Positions 41,039 to 50,835 of a DNA stretch of 64,000 nucleotides are shown here, in pieces (the first letter of the stretch is position 1; the number at the start of each line of letters is the position of its first letter). This stretch comes from a virus: UHGV virus genome UHGV-0373904; one strand, given 5' to 3'. The notes beneath the pieces were generated by a model, which did no database searches, was not told where the DNA came from, and worked only from the letters and a program-made list of their open reading frames with translations. Position numbers and translations under genes: made by a program.

Positions 41039-42226
41039 ATGGCGGTAGGTGAAATTCAAATTAGTGCCTTGCCTCAAGCAGCCTTACCAATTGACCTTAG
41101 TGATATCTTCCATCTTAAGCAGGGTATTGAGGATAAGAGATGTACTCTTGAGCAATTACTTGCTCCACACTCAAGCCTAAGAAATAACCCTCATGGTGTG
41201 ACTAAAACACAAATTGGTTTAGATAACGTTATTAATGCTCTTCAGTTAGTCGCTGCAAATAACTTATCAGATATTGTTAATGTAGCTGAGGCAAGAGCAA
41301 ATCTACAGATTATGTCTTCAGAAGAGGTTAATAACCTTGTTCAGCAACATATCAAGGACAAGAGTAACCCACACAATACAACTAAGGCACAGGTTGGTTT
41401 AAGTAATGTTCAGAACTGGACAACATCTAACCTGTATAATGAAGATGCAGATAAGTATGCTACAGCAAGAGCAGTAAATAACTTGTACAAGGCTGTTCAG
41501 GCTTCTTATCCAGTAGGTACTATCCATCTTTCTATGAACTCTGCAAACCCTTCTACATACTTAATTTGTGGAGGTACTTGGGAGTTGGTTTCAAAAGGTA
41601 GGGCATTGGTTGGCTATGACTCTGATACAAGGCCAGCAGGTTCTGTATTTGGTGCTTCGACTGTCACTTTGTCAGTTAATAACATGCCTCAACACTCACA
41701 CTCTGTATCTCTTAGTGGTGGTGGTCACACTCATAATGCAACTGTTTCAATTTCAGCTTTTGACTATGGGACTAAGACTACCAACTCTTTTGACTATGGA
41801 ACAAAGACTACTAACACAACTGGTAACCACAATCACGTTGGTAGTGGGTCAACAAGTGCTGCTGGTGCTCACAACCACAGATTGACCTATGAAGCGGGTG
41901 GTGGCCTATCGGAGAGACCTGCAATGGTTTGGTCTACAAGAAATGACCAATCATGGTACTCAGCAGATGCTGTCTGTGAAGTCGCTGGTTCGCACACCCA
42001 CTCTTTTAGCGTTACCACTAACACAACTGGTAACCATAATCATACGGTGGGTATTGGTGCTCATAGCCATACAGTTGGTATTGGTTCACACACACACAAT
42101 GGTACTGTGGCAGTTTCTTCTTCTGAGCATACACATAGTGGAAACACTAATAGTGTTGGTGGTGGACAAGCTTTCAACATTGAGCAGCCATCATTCGTGC
42201 TGTATGTATGGCAGAGAACAGCTTAA
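41039..42226 (+). CDS. Tail fibre protein with His-rich GxHxH repeats
   Basis: N-terminal repeats NPHGVTKTQIGLDNV / NPHNTTKAQVGLSNV; C-terminal HSHSVSLSGGGHTHN, GNHNHVGSG, GAHNH, GSHTHSF, GNHNHTVGIGAHSHTVGIGSHTHNG; ends ..VLYVWQRTA. Confidence 0.7.
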   Translation: MAVGEIQISALPQAALPIDLSDIFHLKQGIEDKRCTLEQLLAPHSSLRNNPHGVTKTQIGLDNVINALQLVAANNLSDIVNVAEARANLQIMSSEEVNNLVQQHIKDKSNPHNTTKAQVGLSNVQNWTTSNLYNEDADKYATARAVNNLYKAVQASYPVGTIHLSMNSANPSTYLICGGTWELVSKGRALVGYDSDTRPAGSVFGASTVTLSVNNMPQHSHSVSLSGGGHTHNATVSISAFDYGTKTTNSFDYGTKTTNTTGNHNHVGSGSTSAAGAHNHRLTYEAGGGLSERPAMVWSTRNDQSWYSADAVCEVAGSHTHSFSVTTNTTGNHNHTVGIGAHSHTVGIGSHTHNGTVAVSSSEHTHSGNTNSVGGGQAFNIEQPSFVLYVWQRTA

Positions 42227-42235
42227 TTTCTTTAC

Positions 42236-42257
42236 AGGGGCTTTATAGCCCCTTTTA
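42236..42257 (+). terminator. Terminator-like hairpin between the two tail-fibre genes
   Basis: aggggcttt-ata-gcccct followed by tttaag. Confidence 0.45.
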
Positions 42258-42272
42258 AGAGGAAAATTTATA

Positions 42273-44654
42273 ATGGCAGATTACAAGTTGAGTGAATTAA
42301 ACTCAATCGATACAATCCGTTCAGATGACCTTCTTCATGTCAGAGTTAAAAAGAGACCTGAAATGCTGGGTGATGAAGACCGTCGAATGACCTATCAAGA
42401 TTTCTTAGCATCTTTTAAGCTTGAGAGATTTGTTCAGATTATTGGTAGTACCATGACGGGTGATTTAGGTATTGTTAAGTTACTTTATGGTGGTAAGACA
42501 GTATTTGACCCTACAGGCTCTTCTGAGATTAATATTGGGGATGTTTTAAAGACTTTTAAAATTAACGCAAACGGTCTTAAGCTAACTATTGCAGATGCTT
42601 CAAGGTCGGCAACTGTTTATCATACCCTGAATAAGCCAAGTCCTAATGAGCTTGGGATGAGAACTAATGAAGAGAATGATGCAAGATACTCAAGATTAGC
42701 TGCAAATAACATCTTTACCTTCCAACAGGTTATTCAAGCAAATGGCGAAGCTATTAGACTAAAAAATTCTTCTGAGAACTCACCGTTGTATATTAGAGGT
42801 CAGGACAGCACTGGTGCTAATAGGTGGTATGTAGGTAATGGTTCAGGGAATGATGATGTTATTATCCACAACTACAAGACAGGTTGTGAAGTGAATCTGT
42901 CTAGTGTTGCTGCTATCAGTAAAACACTTAGAATCACTGGTCAAGTCCAACCTTCTGACTTCTCTAACTTAGATGCTAGATACTTCACACAGACAGTTGC
43001 TAATCAGAGATTTGCACAGTTAGCTGCTAATAACAATTTCACTGGCACTAACACGTTTAGCAGAAACCTACTTATTATTAGTGACAGTGCTGCTTTAAGG
43101 TTGAAAAATACTGTAGCAAATGCTGCACTATACGTTAAAGCCGAAGCTAATGATGGTTCTGGTAAGTGGTATGTAGGAAATGGTGATAATACACCTGCTG
43201 TATTCATCAGCAACTATGTGTATGGTTCTTATCTTAGACTTGACAATGGTCATGTCGCAGTAAACAAGGACTTCAGAATCACTGGTCAAGTTCAACCTTC
43301 AGATTGGGCTAACATTGACTCTAGATACATCCCAGCAGCAACTTTGAGTAACCTACCTAAACTTAATGTTGCTAACACATTTGTGAATGTGCAAACTATT
43401 GTATCAAATAATGAAGGCGTAGTATTAAGAAACTTAACACAGGGACAGCCACAATATATCCGTGGTGTTGATACCCAGAATGTATCTAGGTGGTGGGTAG
43501 GTGTGGGTGGCGCAAATTCTACTGATGTGGCATTAAACAACAGCTACTCTGGGACTCAAATTACTCTTATGCCCTCAGCGATTAAGGCTAATAAGAATCT
43601 AACCATTACTGGTCAAGTACAACCTTCTGATTGGTCTAACTTAGATGCTAGATATTTCTTAAAAACAAAACTGTTAAACCAACCTTTAATGATAAGGACA
43701 ACTAATAGGCTGGATGACCCATCAGCATTCAATAAAGATTTTTCAGGGTTTGTAAGAAACAACGGTATTGAGCAGGGTCTGAAAGATTTAGCCATCCATG
43801 TAGCACATTCTGCTGGTATTGCTCATGCCAGAGGTATTGCTTTTACATATGGGTCTAAAGGTCTTGATGTCTTCACATATGCTTATGGGTCAGATGGAAC
43901 ATATGTTGGAGAGGCACAGTTGTATTCAACGGCATTTAAACCAACCCCTTCAGATATTGGTGCATACACTAAATCAGAAACTGACCAGAAGATTGCACAG
44001 GCAATTAGTGACTCTACAGACCTTAACAAAATCTATCCAGTAGGTATTGTAACATGGTTTAACAGTAATGTTGACCCTAACACAGCGTTGCCTGGGTTAA
44101 CTTGGACGTACCTGAATAATGGTGTTGGTAGAACTATCAGAATTGCAGCAGCAAACGGTTCAGATGTTGCTACAACTGGTGGTTCAGATTCTGTGACGTT
44201 AGCTGTTGGGAACTTACCATCACATACCCATAGCTTCTCTGCTACCACTTCATCTTTTGATTATGGTACGAAGGGAACTAACAGTACTGGTGGTCATTCT
44301 CACTCTGTAAGTGGTACAACAAGTGCTGCTGGCAACCACGCTCACCACTTAGGTCTGTTATTAGTTAATGGTGGTGATGCTCAGTATGGTTACACAACTG
44401 TTAGCAACAGCAAGACAAGAACTCTTGACTGGCTTGATAGAAAAGATAACAAGTTCCCTAACACTAACACAACTGGTAACCATACACACACGTGGTCTGG
44501 TACTACAAGCGGTGCTGGTGACCATTCCCACTCTGTAGGTATTGGTGCTCACACTCATACAGTTAGTGGTAACACTGGTGGTACAGGTTCTGGTTCGGCA
44601 TTCAGTGTTACTAACCAGTTCTACAAGTTAATGGCTTGGGTAAGAACTGCTTAA
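42273..44654 (+). CDS. Tail fibre protein, three internal ~110-aa repeats and His-rich GxHxH C-terminal domain
   Basis: Three repeats each containing ITGQVQPSD(F/W)(S/A)N(L/I)D(A/S)RY; C-terminal [43 protein letters not shown]; ends ..KLMAWVRTA, similar to the end of 41039..42226. Confidence 0.7.
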   Translation: MADYKLSELNSIDTIRSDDLLHVRVKKRPEMLGDEDRRMTYQDFLASFKLERFVQIIGSTMTGDLGIVKLLYGGKTVFDPTGSSEINIGDVLKTFKINANGLKLTIADASRSATVYHTLNKPSPNELGMRTNEENDARYSRLAANNIFTFQQVIQANGEAIRLKNSSENSPLYIRGQDSTGANRWYVGNGSGNDDVIIHNYKTGCEVNLSSVAAISKTLRITGQVQPSDFSNLDARYFTQTVANQRFAQLAANNNFTGTNTFSRNLLIISDSAALRLKNTVANAALYVKAEANDGSGKWYVGNGDNTPAVFISNYVYGSYLRLDNGHVAVNKDFRITGQVQPSDWANIDSRYIPAATLSNLPKLNVANTFVNVQTIVSNNEGVVLRNLTQGQPQYIRGVDTQNVSRWWVGVGGANSTDVALNNSYSGTQITLMPSAIKANKNLTITGQVQPSDWSNLDARYFLKTKLLNQPLMIRTTNRLDDPSAFNKDFSGFVRNNGIEQGLKDLAIHVAHSAGIAHARGIAFTYGSKGLDVFTYAYGSDGTYVGEAQLYSTAFKPTPSDIGAYTKSETDQKIAQAISDSTDLNKIYPVGIVTWFNSNVDPNTALPGLTWTYLNNGVGRTIRIAAANGSDVATTGGSDSVTLAVGNLPSHTHSFSATTSSFDYGTKGTNSTGGHSHSVSGTTSAAGNHAHHLGLLLVNGGDAQYGYTTVSNSKTRTLDWLDRKDNKFPNTNTTGNHTHTWSGTTSGAGDHSHSVGIGAHTHTVSGNTGGTGSGSAFSVTNQFYKLMAWVRTA

Positions 44655-44733
44655 TCCCTTGTTGACTGATTGTTAAGATGGTGTTAATATTCTTTATGGG
44701 TATTCTCACCATCTTGGCTGATGAGGTGATTAA

Positions 44734-44928
44734 ATGCCTACAATCCTAGCAATTCTTCTAAAAAATCTAGGTAGCTTCTTCTGGAAACTCATTTTATCCC
44801 TTCTAAGTGAATACATGATTGAGAAAGTGTTCTTTAATCTTGCAAGATACCTTGCGAGTAAAACAGACACACCTATTGATGATGAGTTCGTAGATAACTT
44901 AGAAAAAGCTTTTAAGGGGGAGAAATAA
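44734..44928 (+). CDS. Small hydrophobic protein (64 aa); holin-like candidate
   Basis: N-terminal hydrophobic segment PTILAILLKNLGSFFWKLILSLL with charged C-terminus; sits after tail-fibre genes. Function is inference. Confidence 0.35.
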   Translation: MPTILAILLKNLGSFFWKLILSLLSEYMIEKVFFNLARYLASKTDTPIDDEFVDNLEKAFKGEK

Positions 44929-45300
44929 ATGAAGTGGCTAGAGGAAGCTTTTAAAAATAATATTGGTGCAATTGTAGTTGGTATTTTTAGTGTTATTGGG
45001 ATGTATACCACGATGCAGGTTTCAAGTGGTAAACAAGAAGTGTCTGTCACAACAAAGTTACAGCAGCTAGATAATTATTCCAAAAGTAACTATTCAGCTA
45101 TTCGTGATTTACAGTCTGACATGAGACTGATTCAGCTAGGGATGGAGAACCAGAAAGTTCAGTTAGAGAATGTTAAGGGTGAAAACGCAAAACTTACCAA
45201 AACTCTTGATAAATTCTCTGACAGTGTGAACAATCTGGCTCAATCAGTATCAGCCCTCCAAGCTATTACTGAAAAGAACACAAAGAATACTGAAAAATAA
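44929..45300 (+). CDS. Membrane-anchored coiled-coil protein (123 aa)
   Basis: N-terminal hydrophobic segment IGAIVVGIFSVIGMY followed by heptad-like polar sequence. Confidence 0.4.
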   Translation: MKWLEEAFKNNIGAIVVGIFSVIGMYTTMQVSSGKQEVSVTTKLQQLDNYSKSNYSAIRDLQSDMRLIQLGMENQKVQLENVKGENAKLTKTLDKFSDSVNNLAQSVSALQAITEKNTKNTEK

Positions 45301-45307
45301 AGTTTAA

Positions 45308-45335
45308 GGCTCCTTTTTACGGGAGCCTTTTTTTG
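45308..45335 (+). terminator. Rho-independent terminator at the end of the late operon
   Basis: ggctcc-ttttta-cgggagcc followed by ttttttt; lies between convergent + and - gene blocks. Confidence 0.8.
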
Positions 45336-45337
45336 TT

Positions 45338-46237
45338 TTATTTACCTACTGACAAAGGTGCTTCAATCTTTCCTGCATGTTGATAGTTGCTAATACCACC
45401 GATAAAGTCACTTGCAGTAAGATGTTTTAAGTCACTTAAAGTGTTAAGCTGTACACCAATCTCAAAAGTAGGTGCATGGAACTCTTCATTGTTTATCAGT
45501 TCATAAACCTGCTTCATATGGTTCTGATAAATCTGAGTATCTCCAAAGACACCTATCAAGTACCGTGGAGTGTATCCAGTCATCTTGCAAAGAACTTCTA
45601 AGATGAAGCCATAAGACGCAATGTTGAATGGAAGTCCTAAAAAGGTGTCTACAGAACGCTGATACCATTGCAAATCCACTTCACCTTCATTAGTGATATA
45701 AATCTGAAACAGAACATGACAAGGTGCTAAAGCCATTGAGTTTGCTGCAATATCTGCTGCATTCCAAGCATTAACAAGCATGTAACGGTCTGTGATATCA
45801 CCCTTCATCTTCGTTACTAAGGCCTCTAACTGGTCTACAACACAACCATTATGACCTTCGAAGTTTCTCCACTGAACCCCGTAGATTCTCCCACCTGCAT
45901 CTTCTAACCAGTCTTGCTCAGAAGAATAGTTAGAGCTTAACCAACGTTTAAAATCATCTGACCAGATAGTCCAACGTTCTCCATCATTTTCACCCCAAGT
46001 GCGATAACGGAGTTCACCAAGTTTATTCTCACCATTCAGGAACCATAAAGCTTCCCCAATGACTTGCCGTGTAAACACCTGTTTAGATGTTAAGAGTGGG
46101 AAACCAGTACGCATATCAAAACGAAACTGTGGTGGAGCAAATGCAGAGATAACATCTCCAGTTCGTGTAGTACGCAGTTCACCAACGGATAAAACATGGT
46201 TCAGGATATTTTTGTAACTTGAATCTGCTTGTGACAT
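45338..46237 (-). CDS. thyA: Thymidylate synthase (ThyA/Td family; a related pyrimidine hydroxymethylase cannot be excluded)
   Basis: MALAPCHVLFQIYI (active-site Cys region, compare LPPCH), YGVQWRNF (compare YGxQWR), GDTQIYQNH (compare GDxHxYxNH). Confidence 0.8.
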   Translation of the reverse strand: MSQADSSYKNILNHVLSVGELRTTRTGDVISAFAPPQFRFDMRTGFPLLTSKQVFTRQVIGEALWFLNGENKLGELRYRTWGENDGERWTIWSDDFKRWLSSNYSSEQDWLEDAGGRIYGVQWRNFEGHNGCVVDQLEALVTKMKGDITDRYMLVNAWNAADIAANSMALAPCHVLFQIYITNEGEVDLQWYQRSVDTFLGLPFNIASYGFILEVLCKMTGYTPRYLIGVFGDTQIYQNHMKQVYELINNEEFHAPTFEIGVQLNTLSDLKHLTASDFIGGISNYQHAGKIEAPLSVGK

Positions 46238-46238
46238 A

Positions 46239-46784
46239 TCAAAAGTGTCCTTTTACTTGTGGAACATAAATTTCAAAAGTTGCTTTACCATCCTCTGATG
46301 GTTTTGACTGTACCTTTGTAAATACACGGTTATCATACAGCTTCTCAAAGAAGTTTTCAAAAGGTAAATGCACAGTAGCCTCTTCAGTAACTTTATGGAA
46401 GACTGTATGGAACACCACACCAGCATACGGTAAAGCATTGACAAGGACACCTGCACCACCAATTACAAAGACATCTTCATCAATAGAGCTATCAAGATAC
46501 TTCAAAAATGCTCCAAAGGATTCTTTGCTGGCCTTAGCATACATTACACCATCTTTGCCAAAATCTATACCTAAGTATGGTACAGAATTTGTTAAGATTA
46601 GGTTTGCACGTTCTGGTAGAGGTTTACTACCCAGAGTCTTAAAAGTCTCATTACCCATGACTACTAAGTTATTTTTAGTGAGTCTCTTAAACTCTTGCAT
46701 GTCCTGTTTATGTCGAGGCCACGGCATACCAGTTGGAGTACCAAACTCCCCATTTTCACCACTTGCAAAGATTAATTTAATCAT
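46239..46784 (-). CDS. folA: Dihydrofolate reductase
   Basis: N-terminal MIKLIFASGENGEFGTPTGMPW and LVVMGNETFKTLGSKPLPERANLILT match the DHFR fold pattern; adjacent to and overlapping thyA. Confidence 0.8.
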   Translation of the reverse strand: MIKLIFASGENGEFGTPTGMPWPRHKQDMQEFKRLTKNNLVVMGNETFKTLGSKPLPERANLILTNSVPYLGIDFGKDGVMYAKASKESFGAFLKYLDSSIDEDVFVIGGAGVLVNALPYAGVVFHTVFHKVTEEATVHLPFENFFEKLYDNRVFTKVQSKPSEDGKATFEIYVPQVKGHF

Positions 46785-47041
46785 TTTGTAAATCCTTTCT
46801 TAATGAACCAGTTGATAACATTCTTCACGGCTTTATTGCTATGGTATATTAGGTGTGGTGTAGGTTGGTATGAACCATAAGCCCAGAATGATAGATGCTC
46901 ACCACAACCAACACATGTAGTACTTTCTTCAGCTATATGACCATTAACAATCACATGAACTTCACCTTGTAAGTCTGTACACCCACAATGTGGACATCGG
47001 ATAGGTGTCCCATCAGACTCATAGCAGTGTTCAATTTTCAT
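46781..47041 (-). CDS. Zinc-ribbon protein (86 aa)
   Basis: CPHCGC ... CVGCGEH cysteine pairs. Confidence 0.5.
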   Translation of the reverse strand: MKIEHCYESDGTPIRCPHCGCTDLQGEVHVIVNGHIAEESTTCVGCGEHLSFWAYGSYQPTPHLIYHSNKAVKNVINWFIKKGFTK

Positions 47042-47557
47042 CTATTTAACCTCAAAAACTGGTTCAAGAACCAATATAAAGTCTACACAGTCATCTTCTT
47101 CATCCAGAATACCATCAAAGTTCTTAGGTACAAAGTCGAAGAGGCTCATAGAATATCGGTCAGAAGTAACCCTGATAGTGTTCCCTATATTCTCTACAGT
47201 TAATATTGTACGGCTTTCTGTTACCTCACTTAGAAGATTACTCACAAAGTCATCTAAGAAGTGTTTCATCAGTGACTTGAAGCCTTTAGGGTAATCTGTA
47301 CCAGAGTATGTTTCAATCTGAGGAACAAGCTTAACATTTATACTAGTCTTTGTTAAGAACGTTTTAGAGAACATGCTATCAGGTAGCTTACAAACAGTCT
47401 TTCCAGTACCTTCATGTTCAATCTCAACAAAACCAGCTTCGTCGCCACATGTAACTATTTTAAAAGATGCTTCATTCTCATACTGTGAAGCCATAAACTT
47501 TTTAAGCATTTCTTTAAGGAAATCTGCATGAGCATCTTGTAAGTAGATATCAATCAT
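47042..47557 (-). CDS. Hypothetical protein (171 aa)
   Basis: ORF, tightly packed with neighbours. Confidence 0.5.
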   Translation of the reverse strand: MIDIYLQDAHADFLKEMLKKFMASQYENEASFKIVTCGDEAGFVEIEHEGTGKTVCKLPDSMFSKTFLTKTSINVKLVPQIETYSGTDYPKGFKSLMKHFLDDFVSNLLSEVTESRTILTVENIGNTIRVTSDRYSMSLFDFVPKNFDGILDEEDDCVDFILVLEPVFEVK

Positions 47558-47570
47558 AGTTAATCACCTA

Positions 47571-47930
47571 TTATGGGAACAAGCACTTAATGTCATCATT
47601 TTTGAAAACAAAACTTGTGTAGTTATGACCATCAACATCCAGCCAAACAGCCTGAACATCTACACCATCAAGGTTGTGGTAAAGCTCTTTGATGAAGTGG
47701 TCTTTTACAATCTGGCTGCTAGTTGTTTCCAGCTTAATGTTTGAGATTGCTGAACCTACAGCCATATAGCCCATGACACGTTTCTTCTCAGTATGCTTAA
47801 TCTTACCATCTTTGTAAGCCATAATGAGATTGGAGAGAATCTTCACACCATAATACTTTTCAAGGTGAGTAGGTACACCATAAAAGCCTAATGCAAAGTT
47901 TTCAGAGTGGATAATGTTTTCACGTTTCAT
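47571..47930 (-). CDS. Hypothetical protein (119 aa)
   Basis: ORF. Confidence 0.5.
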   Translation of the reverse strand: MKRENIIHSENFALGFYGVPTHLEKYYGVKILSNLIMAYKDGKIKHTEKKRVMGYMAVGSAISNIKLETTSSQIVKDHFIKELYHNLDGVDVQAVWLDVDGHNYTSFVFKNDDIKCLFP

Positions 47931-47931
47931 A

Positions 47932-48261
47932 TTAATCTGCCAACCTTAAATTAAAATTAACACCAAATTTTTCACATACTTCCAACATATACTCAAGAGA
48001 GACATTCCCAGTGAGGTGGATTATGTTGGATACACGAGCTTGAGAGATGCCACAAATTTTAGCGACTTGCTCTTGAGAAAGACCTCTAGATTTAATCTCT
48101 CTCTTAAAACGATGTGCAACGAAGTCTCTCATTTCGTCTACATCCATTGGACAAATATAACTCTCCATTTCAGCCTCTCTATCAGCCTCCCAATCATCTT
48201 GTGGAGCATAAGGGTCAAAAACCTCATTCATCTTTCTTCTTCCGTTTACGTGAAGTATCAA
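47932..48261 (-). CDS. Helix-turn-helix DNA-binding protein (candidate)
   Basis: LSQEQVAKICGISQARVSNI resembles an XRE-type HTH. Confidence 0.5.
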   Translation of the reverse strand: MILHVNGRRKMNEVFDPYAPQDDWEADREAEMESYICPMDVDEMRDFVAHRFKREIKSRGLSQEQVAKICGISQARVSNIIHLTGNVSLEYMLEVCEKFGVNFNLRLAD

Positions 48262-48436
48262 TCAATGAGTCTATGTTTGTAGCTCTGACCTTTTCACGTT
48301 CATCATTAAGATAATCGTCAAGAGCCTTTTCAATCTGTGAATCATCCTGACAGATGACTGTAAAGACTGTAAAGCCGTCTGTATCGTCAATTATCTTACC
48401 ATAACCGCTTCTGGGATGTAACTTTTTAAGAGCCAT
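48224..48436 (-). CDS. Hypothetical protein (70 aa)
   Basis: ORF; C-terminal RKRKKKDE. Confidence 0.4.
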   Translation of the reverse strand: MALKKLHPRSGYGKIIDDTDGFTVFTVICQDDSQIEKALDDYLNDEREKVRATNIDSLIDTSRKRKKKDE

Positions 48437-48437
48437 A

Positions 48438-48821
48438 TCAAATACCTGTGCAGCTTCTGTTTTCTAAGAAATACTCAACACCATACATAGCTTTTTGCAT
48501 CAAATCTTCTTTAAACTGGATACGATGATTGAGCATAGCCTGTACATCAATATCATCAGGGTGCTTCTCTTTAATATTTGCAGATTGCAGGAAATACTCT
48601 GCAAGAACACGATACTGATAGTCAGTTACCTTATCAGTCATCTCTGTTAAAGACTCTTCAGAGATTGGTTTAAGTAGTTCACCTTTAGATAGGGCAACAC
48701 CTTTAACAATCTGGCAAGTGTCTTCTGGAACACCTGATAAGTCCACATTTGGAAGTTCTGTTGCATTGACTGGTAAATTCATTGCCATAACCATTGCAGC
48801 AGCTAATAAAATCTTTTTCAT
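48438..48821 (-). CDS. Secreted/periplasmic protein with signal peptide (127 aa)
   Basis: N-terminal MKKILLAAAMVMAMNLPVNA has signal-peptide character (positive n-region, hydrophobic core, A-x-A-like cleavage site). Confidence 0.55.
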   Translation of the reverse strand: MKKILLAAAMVMAMNLPVNATELPNVDLSGVPEDTCQIVKGVALSKGELLKPISEESLTEMTDKVTDYQYRVLAEYFLQSANIKEKHPDDIDVQAMLNHRIQFKEDLMQKAMYGVEYFLENRSCTGI

Positions 48822-48865
48822 AATGACCTCAAAGTTATATTAAATTTTGTATTACATTGAGTATA

Positions 48866-48894
48866 AAAATAAGCTATAACACCTGACTTGTCAA
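48866..48894 (-). promoter_or_regulatory. Candidate sigma70-type promoter (- strand) for the secreted-protein gene
   Basis: - strand reads aaaatctgTTGACAagtcaggtgttatagctTATTTT, with A-tract upstream. Confidence 0.5.
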
Positions 48895-48940
48895 CAGATT
48901 TTATAGCTTATTTGGCAGATTTTTTATAAGGCTACTGCCA

Positions 48941-49015
48941 TCCTTCCAAACTATACCAAACCTAACCCCACCTAACCCCACCTAACCCTACCACACCAGA
49001 CCTAGCCTAACCTTG
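48941..49015. repeat. CA-rich, G-depleted low-complexity tract (CCTAACC / ACCAGACC-type heptamers)
   Basis: cctaaccccacctaaccccacctaaccctaccacaccagacctagcctaacc; almost no G on the + strand. Confidence 0.7.
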
Positions 49016-49048
49016 TTAAAAGACCCTCTTAAAGACCTTTTAAAAAGG
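49016..49048. repeat. Conserved 33-bp intergenic core, copy 1 (TTAAAAGACCCTCTTAAAGACCTTTTAAAAAGG)
   Basis: Identical 33-mer at 49148-49180 and 50427-50459; degenerate copy at 50590-50617. Confidence 0.75.
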
Positions 49049-49085
49049 TAAGTCTCATTTTAATGTAGCTGAGACTAACTACCCA
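49049..49085 (-). terminator. Hairpin agtctca..tgagact with T-run on the - strand
   Basis: On the - strand: agtctcagctacattaaaatgagact followed by tacctttttaaaa; repeated at 50460-50495. Confidence 0.5.
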
Positions 49086-49147
49086 TACCAGACCCTACCT
49101 TACCAAACCAGACCTCACTCTACCCCACCATACCGTATACTACCTCA
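49081..49147. repeat. CA-rich, G-depleted tract
   Basis: acccataccagaccctaccttaccaaaccagacctcactctaccccaccatacc. Confidence 0.65.
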
Positions 49148-49180
49148 TTAAAAGACCCTCTTAAAGACCTTTTAAAAAGG
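49148..49180. repeat. Conserved 33-bp intergenic core, copy 2
   Basis: Identical to 49016-49048. Confidence 0.75.
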
Positions 49181-49200
49181 AGCCTCCGAAGAGGCTACCT
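49181..49200 (-). terminator. Rho-independent terminator (- strand) after ORF 49208..49648
   Basis: On the - strand: agcctc-ttcg-gaggct (UUCG-type tetraloop) followed by cttttt. Confidence 0.6.
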
Positions 49201-49207
49201 AGTCAAC

Positions 49208-49648
49208 TTAGAAAGGTTTTCTGCGTTGCTTGTTAATGTTAGCTTTCATAGCAGCTAAGTGGTTTTGCTGTTCAATTAGTCGTGAACGTTCTTGGTGGCT
49301 AAGTGCCATAGTGTTCACATTCTCAATTGCTTGAGTAGCTTGCTTTAAAGCACGACCAATTTTACCAGACATTTTACGTTTTGCAATAGTTGCTTGATGC
49401 TTAGGTTCAACCACACGATAACCAACACCCATTGAAGCAACCAGATAAATCTTCTCTTCTTTAAGAAGCTTCTCAATAAACTTCTCAAGTCGGTTTAGAC
49501 GTGTAAGCGCATAAGCCTTCATTTCATCTTCGTACTTAACAATGTCACCTTGATAAGTTGGCTTCACAATACCTAAGAAGGTGTCCATCTCAGAGTGTGA
49601 TACAGTGTCACCGTAACTAAACTTTGCTGCTAATGCTTTTGTATTCAT
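49208..49648 (-). CDS. Hypothetical protein (146 aa)
   Basis: ORF; basic C-terminus. Confidence 0.5.
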   Translation of the reverse strand: MNTKALAAKFSYGDTVSHSEMDTFLGIVKPTYQGDIVKYEDEMKAYALTRLNRLEKFIEKLLKEEKIYLVASMGVGYRVVEPKHQATIAKRKMSGKIGRALKQATQAIENVNTMALSHQERSRLIEQQNHLAAMKANINKQRRKPF

Positions 49649-49650
49649 AA

Positions 49651-50256
<606 letters not shown>

Positions 50257-50330
50257 TTAGTTGATTGTTAAGTTGTTTGTAAAGAACCCTCAACAGAAGA
50301 CTCTTTAGAAACTTGGTAGATTTTTAACGT

Positions 50331-50426
50331 GGCTACTACCATCCACCCATACCATACCGAACCTTACCTTACCAAACCAGACCGCGCCTTACCAAACCAG
50401 ACCAAACATTACTTTACCCTACCTTA
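50331..50426. repeat. CA-rich, G-depleted tract
   Basis: ccacccataccataccgaaccttaccttaccaaaccagaccgcgccttaccaaaccagacc. Confidence 0.65.
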
Positions 50427-50459
50427 TTAAAAGACCCTCTTAAAGACCTTTTAAAAAGG
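50427..50459. repeat. Conserved 33-bp intergenic core, copy 3
   Basis: Identical to 49016-49048, followed by the same 37-bp hairpin unit. Confidence 0.75.
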
Positions 50460-50495
50460 TAAGTCTCATTTTAATGTAGCTGAGACTAACTACCC
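50460..50495 (-). terminator. Hairpin agtctca..tgagact with T-run on the - strand (second copy)
   Basis: Same unit as 49049-49085, downstream of the ligase gene. Confidence 0.5.
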
Positions 50496-50589
50496 GCACT
50501 TTACCGCACCGGACCTTACCGGACCGCACATCACCGCACTAAACCAGACATCACATTACCTGACCACACCAAACCAAACATCACATTAC
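50491..50589. repeat. CA-rich tract with ACCGCAC / CATCACATTAC words
   Basis: cgcactttaccgcaccggaccttaccggaccgcacatcaccgcactaaaccagacatcacattacctgaccacaccaaaccaaacatcacattac. Confidence 0.6.
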
Positions 50590-50835
50590 TTAAAAACCCT
50601 CTTAGAAGACTCTTAAGTGATGTTGGTGAGTACCCGTTGGTTTATGCTGCTCAGTATACTCACCAAATTTTCTATGTCAACAACTTTATATAAAAGTCCT
50701 GATAACTATATGCGTTACAAAACAGAAGATTGTGAACAAGACACCCATTGCAAAGGATGTGTTCAAAAGCTTACTTGTGATGTAAGACAACACAAAGATA
50801 ACTAATGCAAACAGAATGATTGTACTTAACATAGT

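Noticed and set aside
45338-46237. Group I intron or intein in thymidylate synthase or DNA polymerase, as in some large phages
   Set aside because: Both ORFs are single contiguous reading frames with conserved motifs in order; the nearby HNH gene is free-standing, not intron-encoded.
48941-49147. Telomere-like repeats (CCCTAA/TTAGGG-like) indicating a eukaryotic or telomeric sequence
   Set aside because: Repeat units are degenerate, embedded in ordinary phage intergenic context with terminator hairpins; read as a strand-asymmetric low-complexity regulatory tract.
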